From an uncultured Alphaproteobacteria bacterium (lineage in GTDB: Bacteria; Pseudomonadota; Alphaproteobacteria; HIMB59; GCA-002718135), in assembly GCA_902585605.1 (NCBI GenBank), contig CACIED010000005.1, forward strand, positions 586-64,585: a stretch of DNA of 64,000 nt. Reading direction: 5' to 3'. Shown piece after piece: positions 25,538-35,751 of the stretch. A model generated the notes under the pieces. The model ran no database searches. It was not told the origin of the DNA and was given only the letters and a program-made list of their open reading frames with translations. Both the position numbers and the translations under genes were made by a program. The stretch's first letter is position 1; each line of letters opens with the position of its first letter.

Positions 25538-27002
25538 CTACATTTATAATTGATTTCCACTTACTAATACTAGAAGTTGAAATGGATTTGTTAATATTTG
25601 CTTTTACTGTTTTATCTTTTTTCCAAAGTTTACTTATTTGGCTTGTATTTTTTAAATATCCAGATTGAATTGCTGCAAGATATGCTACGCCAAGTGAAGT
25701 AGTCTCAACATTACTTGGTCTAATAATTTTAATTTGAGAAATATTTGCTAAACTTTGTAGAAAGCTATTATTTTTAACCATACCTCCATCAACTCTTATT
25801 TCACTAATCTTTGTCTTAGAATCTTTTTCCATACACTCAATTAATTCATAAGTTTGAAAAGATAGGCTGTCCAAAGTTGCTTTGATGATATCTCCTTTAG
25901 AAGTATTTCTAGTGATACCAAAAAATGTTCCTCTTGCATTAGGGTTCCAATATGGGGCGCCAAGTCCAGTTAAGGCTGGGACAAAAAATAAACTTTCATC
26001 TTTATTAGCTTTTTTATACAATTTATCAGTTTCACTAGAATCTTTTATAAATTTTAAATTATCGCGAAGCCATTGTATGGCAGAGCCTGCTACAAAAATA
26101 CTTCCTTCATAGCAAAACATTTTTTTACCATTTATTTTAAAAGCAACAGTTGTTAGTAATCTATTTTTAGATAATTTAAATTTTTCTCCAATATTCATAA
26201 GAAGAAAACAGCCTGTACCATATGTACTTTTTGATTGCCCTTTTTGAAAACAAGCTTGACCAATTGTTGCTGACTGTTGATCTCCAGCCATACCTCCAAT
26301 TGGTATTAAATCACCAAATAATTTAGTAGAGCCAAAATCATATGCATTTTCAACTACAGTTGGTAAGATATTTTTTGGAATATTAAATATTTTTAAAATT
26401 TTGTCAGACCACTGCTCTTTTTGAGAATCAAAAATCATGGTTCTTGAGGCATTTGATATATCTGTTAGGTGAGATTTTCCCTTGGTTAATTTCCATAATA
26501 GCCAGGTGTCTATTGTTCCAAAAAGTAAATTATTATTTTTTAAATTCTTATTTACTTCCTCAACATTATCAATAATCCATTTAATTTTAGTAGCTGAAAA
26601 ATATGGATCAAGCTCTAGACCAGTTATTTTTTGAATTTTTTTATCAATGCCTTTTCTTTTTAAATTTTCACAAAGATTAGATGTTCTTCTATCTTGCCAG
26701 ACTATTGCTCTGTAAACTGGTTTCCCAGTTTTCTTATTCCACAAAACTGTTGTTTCTCTTTGATTGGTAATTCCAATTGAAATTATATTTTTTGAATTTA
26801 ACTTATTTTTTCTTAATATTTTTGAAATTAAATTTCTAACATCATCCCAAATTTCCATTGCATTATGTTCTACCCATCCTTCATTGGGAAAATATTGTTT
26901 AAATTCTTTTTGGACAATATCGAATATTTCAAATTTTTTATTATACAGTACAATTCTTGAACTTGTTGTTCCTTGATCTATTACCAAAAAATATTTTTTC
27001 AT
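25521..27002 (-). CDS. glpK: Glycerol kinase
   Basis: 493 aa; IDQGTTSSR, GITNQRETTV.W, GGMAGDQQSA, VDGGM..N. Confidence 0.95.
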   Translation of the reverse strand: MKKYFLVIDQGTTSSRIVLYNKKFEIFDIVQKEFKQYFPNEGWVEHNAMEIWDDVRNLISKILRKNKLNSKNIISIGITNQRETTVLWNKKTGKPVYRAIVWQDRRTSNLCENLKRKGIDKKIQKITGLELDPYFSATKIKWIIDNVEEVNKNLKNNNLLFGTIDTWLLWKLTKGKSHLTDISNASRTMIFDSQKEQWSDKILKIFNIPKNILPTVVENAYDFGSTKLFGDLIPIGGMAGDQQSATIGQACFQKGQSKSTYGTGCFLLMNIGEKFKLSKNRLLTTVAFKINGKKMFCYEGSIFVAGSAIQWLRDNLKFIKDSSETDKLYKKANKDESLFFVPALTGLGAPYWNPNARGTFFGITRNTSKGDIIKATLDSLSFQTYELIECMEKDSKTKISEIRVDGGMVKNNSFLQSLANISQIKIIRPSNVETTSLGVAYLAAIQSGYLKNTSQISKLWKKDKTVKANINKSISTSSISKWKSIINVVNNFY

Positions 27003-27005
27003 AAA

Positions 27006-28940
27006 TTAGACGTCTAAATTTTTAATGAAGTTAGCATTATTTTGAATAAATTTAAAACGTAACTCTGCTTGTTTTCCCATTAAGGTTTCGAATAAACTTT
27101 CGGTATTCTTCATATCTTTCTTCGCTTTTTCAGAGTTAATCAATATTAGATTTCTTTTGTTTTGATCCATTGTAGTCTCTTTCAATTGATCAGCTGGCAT
27201 TTCACCCAAACCTTTAAATCTTGTAATGTTATAATTGTCAGACTTAAATTCTTTTTCAATTAATTTATCTTTCTCTTTTTCATCATATGCATAAAAAGAT
27301 TTATTTTTGTTATAAATTTTAAATAAAGGAGGCATTGCTAGATATAGTTTATTTTCATCAATTAAACTTTTCATATATTTATAAAAAAAAGTAATAAGTA
27401 GAGTTGCAATATGTGAACCATCTACGTCCGCATCAGTCATTAAAATTATTTTCTCATATCGAAGTTTTGAAATTTCAAAGTTTTTTCCAATACCACAACC
27501 TAAAGATTGAATAAGATTTTGTATTTCATTGTTATCAGCAATTTTAGATAGCCCAACATTATAAACATTTAATATTTTACCCCTTAAAGGAAGTATTGCT
27601 TGAAATTCTCTATTTCTTGCTTGCTTAGCAGAACCTCCAGCACTGTCGCCTTCGACAATAAATATTTCAGAATCTTTTATTGATTTACTCGAACAATCTA
27701 CTAATTTACCTGGAAGACGATTTCTTTCTTTAATACTTTTTCTATCTAACTCTTTAATTTTTGATAAATCAGTTCTTTGAAGAGCTCTTTCAATTAAATT
27801 ATCTAAAAGTATTTTTGAATTTTTCTTATTAGCATTTAACCATAATAAAAATTCTTGTTGTGTTTTTGTTTCAATTTCTCTTTGTAAATTTGGCATTATT
27901 ATTCTCTTTTTAGTTTGACCTTCAAAACTTGGATCATTTATAAATATTGAAATAATAACGTTAGAGTAATCAAAAATATCACTGTGATTGATATTACTGA
28001 TTTTTGAGAATTGATTTTTTTGGCCATAAAGTTTTATAGCTCTTAGAATTCCATTACGAATACCATTTTCATGAGAGCCGCCATCTGGTGTTTCAATAGT
28101 ATTACAATATGACATTAAACTTGAATTTTCATTTGTATTAAATGAAATTAAAGTTTCAAAATTTTCATTATCTTTAATTTTTGATTTTAATAGAAAATTT
28201 TTTTCAAATAATTTAGAGTTGTTTGCGTATTCTAATTGAAAATAATCTTCAATTCCTTTTTTATAAAAAAAACTTTTTTTGTTAGGGATTTTATCTTTTA
28301 TTAATTCTTTATCAATTTCAAAGTTGATAGTTGTCCCTCCAACTAATACTGATTTCATATTTATAAAATTATATAATTTTTTTGGAACAAATTGTGTTTC
28401 TTCAAATATGCTTTCATCTGGAATAAAAGAAATTTCTGTACCTTTTAATTTTTTGCTACATTTTTCAATTTTTATTTTTGTCTTAACCTTTCCTTTTGAG
28501 TAATCTTGTCTATACACTTTTCCATCTTTGAATACCTGAACTTGTAATAAAGAACTTAATGCATTTACAACAGAAATCCCAACCCCGTGTAATCCACCAG
28601 AAGTTTTGTAAGCATTACTGTTAAATTTACCACCTGCGTGAAGTGTAGTTAAAACTACTTCAAGTGCTCTTTTATTTTTATATTTTGGATGAAAATCAAT
28701 AGGAATACCTCTTCCATTATCTTTTATTTTTATCGAACCATCTTTTTTATATTGAAAACTTATATCGGTCGCATGACCAGCTAAAACTTCATCTATACTA
28801 TTATCTAGTACTTCGTTAACTAAATGATGAAGACCATCTTGATTTGTGCTTCCAATATACATACCCGGTCTTTTACGAACTGGCTCAAGACCCTCAAGTA
28901 CTTCAATATCTTTGGCATTATAAGTAGATTTTTTAGCCAC
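27006..28940 (-). CDS. parE: DNA topoisomerase IV subunit B
   Basis: GHKL ATPase and Toprim motifs (LEGLEPVRKRPGMYIG, GGLHGVG, EGDSAGGSAKQARNR, DADVDGSHI). At 644 aa it lacks the proteobacterial GyrB insertion, which favours ParE. GTG start. Confidence 0.8.
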   Translation of the reverse strand: MAKKSTYNAKDIEVLEGLEPVRKRPGMYIGSTNQDGLHHLVNEVLDNSIDEVLAGHATDISFQYKKDGSIKIKDNGRGIPIDFHPKYKNKRALEVVLTTLHAGGKFNSNAYKTSGGLHGVGISVVNALSSLLQVQVFKDGKVYRQDYSKGKVKTKIKIEKCSKKLKGTEISFIPDESIFEETQFVPKKLYNFINMKSVLVGGTTINFEIDKELIKDKIPNKKSFFYKKGIEDYFQLEYANNSKLFEKNFLLKSKIKDNENFETLISFNTNENSSLMSYCNTIETPDGGSHENGIRNGILRAIKLYGQKNQFSKISNINHSDIFDYSNVIISIFINDPSFEGQTKKRIIMPNLQREIETKTQQEFLLWLNANKKNSKILLDNLIERALQRTDLSKIKELDRKSIKERNRLPGKLVDCSSKSIKDSEIFIVEGDSAGGSAKQARNREFQAILPLRGKILNVYNVGLSKIADNNEIQNLIQSLGCGIGKNFEISKLRYEKIILMTDADVDGSHIATLLITFFYKYMKSLIDENKLYLAMPPLFKIYNKNKSFYAYDEKEKDKLIEKEFKSDNYNITRFKGLGEMPADQLKETTMDQNKRNLILINSEKAKKDMKNTESLFETLMGKQAELRFKFIQNNANFIKNLDV

Positions 28941-28976
28941 AAATATTTCTTATCAAAAGTGTTGTTCTAAAAACAT

Positions 28977-29000
28977 AAAAAAAACCGCCCTAAGGCGGTT
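28977..29000 (-). terminator. Intrinsic terminator downstream of glnA
   Basis: On the minus strand, an AACCGCC-TTAG-GGCGGTT hairpin is followed by eight U residues, 25 nt after the glnA stop codon. Confidence 0.8.
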
Positions 29001-29024
29001 TTCTTTATAGAGACAAGTATAATT

Positions 29025-30455
29025 CTACACGTCGTAGTATAGTTTAAACTCGTGTGGATGAGGTCTAATATTAATCGGGTCAACCTCACTCTCTTTTTTA
29101 TAGCTAATATAAGTTTCAATTACATCTTTGGTGAATACATCACCCTCTAATAAAAATGCATGATCTTTTTCAAGAGCTTCAAGAGATTCAGCTAAAGATC
29201 CAGGCGTAGATTGAATTTTAGACAAAACTTCATCGCTAGCAGCATAGAGATTTATATCTGTTGGATCACCAGGATTAATTTTATTTTTAATTCCATCTAA
29301 TCCTGCCATTAACATTGCTGAGAATGCTAAGTATGGATTTGCACTTGGATCTGGACATCTAAACTCCATTCTTTTTGCTTTAGGGCTTTGAGAATAAGCA
29401 GGAATTCTAACAGATGCAGTTCTATTTCTTTGAGAGTAAACAATGTTCACCGGAGCCTCAAAGCCTGGGACCAATCTTTTATAAGAATTAGTAGTAGGAG
29501 CACAAAAAGCTAAAAGAGCAGGTGCATGTTTAAGTATACCGCCAATATAATTTAGAGCTAAATCACTTAGGTTAGCATAGTTACCCTCTTTATACATTAA
29601 TGTGTCACCGTCTTTCCAAACACTTTGATGAACGTGCATACCTGAACCATTATCTTCGAATAAAGGTTTAGGCATAAATGTAGCTGTCATTCCATGTTGT
29701 CTAGCAACATTTTTAACAACGTACTTATATTTCATCATGTCATCAGCCATTTTTAGTAAAGGCGAAAATTCTAAATCAATTTCACATTGTCCACCTGTTG
29801 CAACTTCATGGTGATGTGCTTCAACTGTAAGACCAATGTCTTGCATTGTCATTACCATTTCAGTTCTTACATCTTGAAGTGTATCAACTGGCGGTAAAGG
29901 AAAATAACCTTCTTTATGTCTAGGCTTATGACCTAAGTTTGGATTTTCATCAGCACCACTATTCCAAGTACCTTCAACAGAATCAACTTCATGAAATGCA
30001 AAATTTGATCCTGAGTCAAACTGAACGTTATTAAACACAAAAAATTCTGCTTCTGGACCAAAAAATGCTGTGTCACCGATACCAGATGATTTCAAATAAG
30101 CTTCAGCTTTTTTAGCAATATTTCTTGGATCACGACTATAGTCAACCAAAGTTACAGGATCTTTAATATTACAATGTAATGCCAAAGTTTTTTCTGAAAA
30201 AAATGGATCAATATAGGCTGTTGTTGCATCTGGCAAAACAATCATATCACTGTCTTGAATTTCTTGGAAACCTCTTACTGAAGATCCATCAAAACCAAGT
30301 CCATCAGAAAATATATCTTCGTCTAAAAATTTAATTGGTATTGTAAAATGTTGAGTTGTTCCTGGTATATCAGTAAAGCGCATATCAACCATCTTAATGT
30401 CCATATCTTTAATTTCAGACATTAAATCTTTTGGAGTCGAGCTTTTTAATTTCAT
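29025..30455 (-). CDS. glnA: Glutamine synthetase type I
   Basis: 476 aa; [52 protein letters not shown]. Confidence 0.95.
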   Translation of the reverse strand: MKLKSSTPKDLMSEIKDMDIKMVDMRFTDIPGTTQHFTIPIKFLDEDIFSDGLGFDGSSVRGFQEIQDSDMIVLPDATTAYIDPFFSEKTLALHCNIKDPVTLVDYSRDPRNIAKKAEAYLKSSGIGDTAFFGPEAEFFVFNNVQFDSGSNFAFHEVDSVEGTWNSGADENPNLGHKPRHKEGYFPLPPVDTLQDVRTEMVMTMQDIGLTVEAHHHEVATGGQCEIDLEFSPLLKMADDMMKYKYVVKNVARQHGMTATFMPKPLFEDNGSGMHVHQSVWKDGDTLMYKEGNYANLSDLALNYIGGILKHAPALLAFCAPTTNSYKRLVPGFEAPVNIVYSQRNRTASVRIPAYSQSPKAKRMEFRCPDPSANPYLAFSAMLMAGLDGIKNKINPGDPTDINLYAASDEVLSKIQSTPGSLAESLEALEKDHAFLLEGDVFTKDVIETYISYKKESEVDPINIRPHPHEFKLYYDV

Positions 30456-30540
30456 ATCTATCTCCTTACTTCAACAAAAGGGTATGCTATCCAGCGTTAC
30501 CCGGTTAAATCATGCTCTAGTTATGAAATCTGCTTTTGAT

Positions 30541-30596
30541 GCGCGTTCCTTCAGCTTATAGCCTACTTCCGACCTATATATAATAGGTTGAACGAT
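30541..30596 (-). promoter_or_regulatory. Glutamine riboswitch aptamer (glnA RNA motif), copy proximal to glnA
   Basis: Minus-strand RNA AUCGUUCAACCUAUUAUAUAUAGGUCGGAAGUAGGCUAUAAGCUGAAGGAACGCGC. P1 is CGUUC/GAACG. The junctions UCGGAAGUAGG and GAAGGAACG are conserved, and there are two internal hairpins. Confidence 0.8.
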
Positions 30597-30607
30597 TTAT
30601 AACTTTT

Positions 30608-30662
30608 GCATGCGTTCCTTCGGCACAATGCCTACTTCCGACTCTAAAAGAGTTGAACGATT
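30608..30662 (-). promoter_or_regulatory. Glutamine riboswitch aptamer (glnA RNA motif), distal copy
   Basis: Minus-strand RNA AAUCGUUCAACUCUUUUAGAGUCGGAAGUAGGCAUUGUGCCGAAGGAACGCAUGC. The junction strands are identical to the proximal copy, and the hairpins differ by compensatory changes. Confidence 0.8.
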
Positions 30663-30702
30663 ATTGGTTAATTACTAGGTTTTATATAAAAGTAAAGAAA
30701 AA

Positions 30703-31044
30703 TTAGACAGCATCACTGTCTTTTTCACCAGTCCTTATTCTAATTACCTGCTCAATATTCGATACAAAAATCTTACCATCGCCGATTTTTCCAGAATAAG
30801 CGCTAGTTTTTATTGATTCAATAACATCATCTACTTGATTGTCTTCAACGATTACTTCAAGTTTCATTTTTGCTAAAAATTCATCATCATACCCATCATT
30901 AGGATCAATTCCACCAGTTGACCCTCTTTGTCTACCGAAACCTTTTACATCTACTAATGTCATCCCGGATATTCCAAGTTCATGTAAAGCTTCTTTAACT
31001 TGAGAAAGTTTAAATGGTTTAATGATTGCTTCTATTTTTTTCAT
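30703..31044 (-). CDS. glnB: Nitrogen regulatory protein P-II
   Basis: 113 aa; MKKIEAIIKPFKL..VKEAL, T-loop GFGRQRG, and a canonical C-terminal IRIRTGE. Confidence 0.95.
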   Translation of the reverse strand: MKKIEAIIKPFKLSQVKEALHELGISGMTLVDVKGFGRQRGSTGGIDPNDGYDDEFLAKMKLEVIVEDNQVDDVIESIKTSAYSGKIGDGKIFVSNIEQVIRIRTGEKDSDAV

Positions 31045-32198
31045 ATTGTTGATAACCTATTAATTGCTTCTTTAATGTTTTCTAGAGAATTAGCAAAACT
31101 TATTCTAACAAATTCTCCAGCATTATCTCCAAAGCTAGAGCCTGGAACTAATGCAACACCTTTTTCTTCAAGTGCGATTTCTGAAAATTTATTTCCACTC
31201 AATCCAGTTTTTGAAATATTGGGAAATGCATAAAAAGCACCACCCGGTTCAAAACAAGAGATTTTTTCTAATTTATTCAATTCGTTAAAAACGTATTCTT
31301 TTCTTTTTTTAAATTCACTAACAATTTTTGTTATTTCTTTCTGAGAACCTTTTATTGCTTCTAATCCTGCATATTGCGAAATTGAGGTAGCGCAGGAATT
31401 ATAATTGATACATATTTTATTAGCATGTTCAATTAAATTTTCTGGCCATATACTCCAGCCTAACCTCCATCCAGTCATACAATATGTTTTGCTCCATCCT
31501 TCAAGAACTATCAATCTATCTTTTATACTTTCGTATTCTAATAATGATGGCATTTGTTCATTATTAAAAATAATGTTACTATAAATTTCATCACTTAAAA
31601 TGGAGACGTTTGGATATTGCTCTAATAAATTAACAAGATCAGTAATTTTTTTCTTATTCATATATGATCCTGTTGGATTGTTTGGATTATTTATTATTAT
31701 CAAACTTGTTTTATCAGAAATTAATTCTTTTAATTGTTCAGTATTAATTTCGAAATTATCTTTTTCTGAAAGCTTTAATGGTACAGCTTTTGCACCGCTG
31801 TATTTAATCATAGATCTATAAATTGGAAATCCTGGATCAGGAAAAATTATTTCTCTATCCTCACTACCTAACAATAATGCTGAAATAAAAATTACAGGCT
31901 TACCTCCTGGAGTAATTAAAACATTTTCTGACTTAATATTTGTTTTGTATTTGTTGAGTACTAACTCTGAGATTGCTTCTCGTAATTCAGGTATACCATT
32001 TGATGGAGTATATCCATGATAACCATCTTTGATTGCCTTAATAGCAGCTTCTTGTATATTGATTGGAGTAGGAAAATCAGGTTGTCCAATTCCCAAATTG
32101 ATAATATCTTTACCTTTGGCTGCTAGATCATTGGCTTTAGCAAGAATAGAGAATGCCGTTTCTGTTTCTAAATTAAATATTCTTTTTGAAACTTCCAT
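31041..32198 (-). CDS. PLP-dependent aminotransferase class I/II (aspartate aminotransferase-like)
   Basis: 385 aa; NNPNNPTG, SKTYCMTGWRLGW (PLP-Lys context). Overlaps glnB by 4 nt. Confidence 0.85.
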   Translation of the reverse strand: MEVSKRIFNLETETAFSILAKANDLAAKGKDIINLGIGQPDFPTPINIQEAAIKAIKDGYHGYTPSNGIPELREAISELVLNKYKTNIKSENVLITPGGKPVIFISALLLGSEDREIIFPDPGFPIYRSMIKYSGAKAVPLKLSEKDNFEINTEQLKELISDKTSLIIINNPNNPTGSYMNKKKITDLVNLLEQYPNVSILSDEIYSNIIFNNEQMPSLLEYESIKDRLIVLEGWSKTYCMTGWRLGWSIWPENLIEHANKICINYNSCATSISQYAGLEAIKGSQKEITKIVSEFKKRKEYVFNELNKLEKISCFEPGGAFYAFPNISKTGLSGNKFSEIALEEKGVALVPGSSFGDNAGEFVRISFANSLENIKEAINRLSTI

Positions 32199-32250
32199 AT
32201 TTTTGATATAGCGATTTAATATAAAAATTAAACTTTTAATTATGTTATAT

Positions 32251-32328
32251 GGCGAACGTAGCTCAGTTGGTTAGAGCGCAGGCTTGTGGTGCCTGATGCC
32301 GTGGGTTCGAATCCCATCGTTCGCCCCA
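32251..32328 (+). tRNA. tRNA-His (GTG) with genome-encoded G-1 and C73
   Basis: Acceptor GCGAACG/CGTTCGC preceded by G (-1) and followed by C73 and CCA. Anticodon loop TTGTGGT, T-loop TTCGAAT. Confidence 0.95.
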
Positions 32329-32394
32329 ATTTGTATTAAGTTAATTTTCTCTATTGTTTTTTAATTTATTGTACATAAAAGGCTAATAATAATA

Positions 32395-32479
32395 GGGCCG
32401 GTGGTGGAATTGGTAGACACGCTAGATTTAGGTTCTAGTGCCGCGAGGTGTGAAGGTTCAAGTCCTTTCCGGCCTACCA
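32395..32479 (+). tRNA. tRNA-Leu (TAG)
   Basis: 85 nt with a long variable arm. Acceptor GGGCCGG/CCGGCCT, anticodon loop TTTAGGT, encoded CCA. Confidence 0.95.
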
Positions 32480-32495
32480 TTAGGTTTGATGAATT

Positions 32496-33848
32496 ATGAA
32501 TACAAAAGAATTAAAATCTACGAAACTTTATAAGGAATACTTATTAGAAATTCCTTATGAAGAAATTGATGTTGAAGTAGATAATAAAATAAATCAAATA
32601 CTGCCCACTGTAAATATTCCTGGTTTTCGAAAAGGTAAAGCCCCACTAAATATTGTTAAAAAAAAATATGAAGATAATGTCTTAAATGAAGTAATTCAAA
32701 AAGTAATTGATACAAATACAAAAAGATTAATTGATGAAAAAAAGTTTTCTCTTTTTAGGGCTCCTAAAGTTGAGCTTAGTAACTATGAAAAAAATAAACC
32801 AATAACTATAAATTTAAAATTTGATTTAAAACCTGAAATTGAACTTAAAGATTTTAAAGATCTTAAAATAAATAAATATGAAATTGTATTAGGTAAAAGA
32901 GCAGAAGAAAATCAATTTAAGAGTTTTATTGACTCACAAAAAAATTTTAAAAAAATTGAAAGTTTGAGACAAGTTAAAAATTCCGACAAGGTTATTGTTA
33001 ATTTTGAATCCTCTCAAGAAGACCTTCCAGAATATTTAAAATCTCAAAAAAATTTTCCCATTGATTTGGGTTTTGATGATGGGATACTTCCAGGTTTAAA
33101 TAAAGAATTAATAGAAAGAAAAGTAAAACCTGGAGATAAAATTGAATTAAAAATCAATTTATCAAAAATTCTTAAAGATGATAAATTTAAAAAAACTACT
33201 TTTCATTTTGAAATAATTTCAATTGAAGAAAAAATCAAATTTGAGCTAACAAAAGAGTTTTTAGATAAGAATGGTTTTAAAACAGAAAAAGATCTTAAAA
33301 ACTTTTTATTGAGTAATATGAAAACTCAATATGAGCAAGGAATAAAACAAATAGAAAAAAAAGAATTGATGGATCTTTTAGATAATAATTACAAATTTGA
33401 ATTGCCTGATGGAGTACTAGAAGACGATTTTAAACAAATATGGAACCGTTTAGAGCAAGCTAAAAAAGAAGGCAGTTTAGATGAAGATGATAAGATATTA
33501 AAAGATGATGACCTTAAAAAAAGATATAAAAAAATCTCAGAAAGAAGGGTTAAGCTTGGTTTATTAATGCAACATATCGCTTCTGAAGAAAAAGTTGTTG
33601 TATCTGAAGAAGAAATTAACAAAGGGATACTAGAATATACTAGGCAATATCCTGGTCAAGAAAAGCAGATTATAGAATATTTTGAAAAAAATCCATCATC
33701 ACTGGATACGATTCGAGCACCTCTTATTGAACAAAAAGTAATTGATTCAATCATTTCCAAATCTAAAACAAATGTTATAAAATTAAACGAAGATGAATAT
33801 AAAAAACTTGAAGTTAAAACATTTGATATTAAGGATGCAAAAAAATGA
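32496..33848 (+). CDS. tig: Trigger factor
   Basis: 450 aa. N-terminal ribosome-binding motif GFRKGKAP. Sits in the conserved tig-clpP-clpX-lon context. Confidence 0.9.
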   Translation: MNTKELKSTKLYKEYLLEIPYEEIDVEVDNKINQILPTVNIPGFRKGKAPLNIVKKKYEDNVLNEVIQKVIDTNTKRLIDEKKFSLFRAPKVELSNYEKNKPITINLKFDLKPEIELKDFKDLKINKYEIVLGKRAEENQFKSFIDSQKNFKKIESLRQVKNSDKVIVNFESSQEDLPEYLKSQKNFPIDLGFDDGILPGLNKELIERKVKPGDKIELKINLSKILKDDKFKKTTFHFEIISIEEKIKFELTKEFLDKNGFKTEKDLKNFLLSNMKTQYEQGIKQIEKKELMDLLDNNYKFELPDGVLEDDFKQIWNRLEQAKKEGSLDEDDKILKDDDLKKRYKKISERRVKLGLLMQHIASEEKVVVSEEEINKGILEYTRQYPGQEKQIIEYFEKNPSSLDTIRAPLIEQKVIDSIISKSKTNVIKLNEDEYKKLEVKTFDIKDAKK

Positions 33849-34456
33849 TTGATCCAATAGATAATATTACCAATAATCTTATTCCAATGGTTGTTGAACA
33901 ATCCTCAAGGGGTGAAAGATCTTATGATATCTATTCAAGATTGTTAAAAGAAAGAATAATTTTCCTTACTGGACCGATTGATGATAATGTTGCAAGTCTA
34001 ATTTGTGCTCAAATATTGTTTCTAGAGTCTGAAAATCCAAAAAAGGAAATTTCTTTTTATATTAATTCACCAGGAGGTATCGTTTGGTCAGGATTGGCTA
34101 TTTACGATACTATGCAATATGTTTCGTCAAAAATTATGACTATATGTATAGGTCAAGCTGCTTCTGCTGGCTCTCTTCTTCTGACAGCTGGAGAAAAAGG
34201 GATGAGATTCTCACTTCCTAACTCTCGAATTATGGTTCATCAACCAAGCGGAGGCTATCAAGGTCAGGTAACTGATATTGAAATTCAAACAAATGAAATA
34301 AAGAGAGCAAAGTTAAAATTAAATGAAATTTATTCAAAACATACAGGAAAAAAAATATCAGAAATATCAAGTATCATGGAAAGAGATAAATATTTCTCTG
34401 CCGATGAAGCTATTAAATTTGGTCTTATAGACAAAGTAGTAAAGGGTAGGAAATAA
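33845..34456 (+). CDS. clpP: ATP-dependent Clp protease proteolytic subunit
   Basis: [29 protein letters not shown] (active Ser), MVHQPSGG (His). Confidence 0.95.
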   Translation: MIDPIDNITNNLIPMVVEQSSRGERSYDIYSRLLKERIIFLTGPIDDNVASLICAQILFLESENPKKEISFYINSPGGIVWSGLAIYDTMQYVSSKIMTICIGQAASAGSLLLTAGEKGMRFSLPNSRIMVHQPSGGYQGQVTDIEIQTNEIKRAKLKLNEIYSKHTGKKISEISSIMERDKYFSADEAIKFGLIDKVVKGRK

Positions 34457-35721
34457 TGAACAAAAAAAATGATAAAGATTCTTTATTTTGTTCTTTTTGT
34501 GGAAAAAATCAAAAAGAAGTTAAAAAGTTAATAGCTGGTCCAACTGTTTTTGTATGTGATGAATGCGTTGAACTATGCATGGATATTATAAAAGAAGATA
34601 ATAAGAATAATAAATTTAAAATTAAAAAAGATATACCTAAACCTTCAGAAATAAATAAATTTTTAAATGATTATGTAATTGGTCAAAAAGATTCAAAAAA
34701 AATACTTTCTGTAGCTGTTTATAATCACTATAAGAGATTATCTTCTAATTTAGAAAACGACAACATTGAAATCTCAAAATCAAATATTCTTTTAGTTGGC
34801 CCAACTGGAACGGGTAAAACATTATTAGCTCAAACTTTAGCAAAGATATTAGATGTTCCTTTTACAGTAGCTGATGCAACTAGTTTAACAGAAGCAGGTT
34901 ATGTTGGGGAAGATGTAGAAAATATAATTCTTAAATTATTACAAGCTTCTGATTACAATGTTGAACGTGCACAAAAAGGAATAGTTTATATTGATGAAAT
35001 TGACAAAATTGGAAGAAAAAGCGACAACCCATCTATAACAAGAGATGTTTCAGGAGAAGGTGTTCAACAAGCTTTGCTTAAAATTATGGAAGGCACTGTA
35101 GCTAGTGTACCACCCCAAGGTGGAAGAAAACATCCTCAGCAAGAATTTTTACAAGTGGATACATCTAACATACTTTTTATATGTGGAGGTGCATTTTCAG
35201 GTTTAGAAGAAATAATAAATTATCGTTTAAAAGGTACAGCTATTGGATTTAATTCTAAACTAGATTTAGAACCTAAAAAGACTATTGGTGCTTCACTCAA
35301 AAATTTAGAAAATCAAGATCTATTAAAATTTGGAATGATACCAGAATTTATAGGAAGACTCCCAGTAATAACTACTTTGAGCGAACTTGATGAAGATATG
35401 CTAATTCGAATAATGACTCAACCAAAAAACGCGATTGTCAAGCAATTCGAATCTCTTATGAAAATGGATGGAGTTAAATTAGAAATAAAGGAAGATGCTT
35501 TAAAAGAAATTGCTAAGTTAGCTGTTTCACAAAATACTGGTGCTAGAGGTTTAAGATCTATAATTGAGGATTCCTTGATGGATCTCATGTATAAAGTACC
35601 TGAAGAGAAAGATTTATATAAGGTAGTAATAAATAAAGATGTTATTGCAAAAAAATCCGATCCAATTTTAATTTATTCAAATAAAGAAAATAATCAAAAA
35701 TTAATGTCAAATAACTCTTGA
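34456..35721 (+). CDS. clpX: ATP-dependent Clp protease ATP-binding subunit ClpX
   Basis: N-terminal zinc finger CSFCGK..C..C, Walker [18 protein letters not shown]. Confidence 0.95.
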   Translation: MNKKNDKDSLFCSFCGKNQKEVKKLIAGPTVFVCDECVELCMDIIKEDNKNNKFKIKKDIPKPSEINKFLNDYVIGQKDSKKILSVAVYNHYKRLSSNLENDNIEISKSNILLVGPTGTGKTLLAQTLAKILDVPFTVADATSLTEAGYVGEDVENIILKLLQASDYNVERAQKGIVYIDEIDKIGRKSDNPSITRDVSGEGVQQALLKIMEGTVASVPPQGGRKHPQQEFLQVDTSNILFICGGAFSGLEEIINYRLKGTAIGFNSKLDLEPKKTIGASLKNLENQDLLKFGMIPEFIGRLPVITTLSELDEDMLIRIMTQPKNAIVKQFESLMKMDGVKLEIKEDALKEIAKLAVSQNTGARGLRSIIEDSLMDLMYKVPEEKDLYKVVINKDVIAKKSDPILIYSNKENNQKLMSNNS

Positions 35722-35751
35722 ATTTGATTAATATATAAACATTTATATAAA

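Noticed and set aside
30456-30702. Alternative reading of the glnB-glnA spacer repeats as a simple direct DNA repeat or REP-like element.
   Set aside because: The two copies conserve exactly the single-stranded junction segments of the glutamine aptamer while varying the helices in a compensatory way. That pattern is expected for a structured RNA, not for a DNA repeat.
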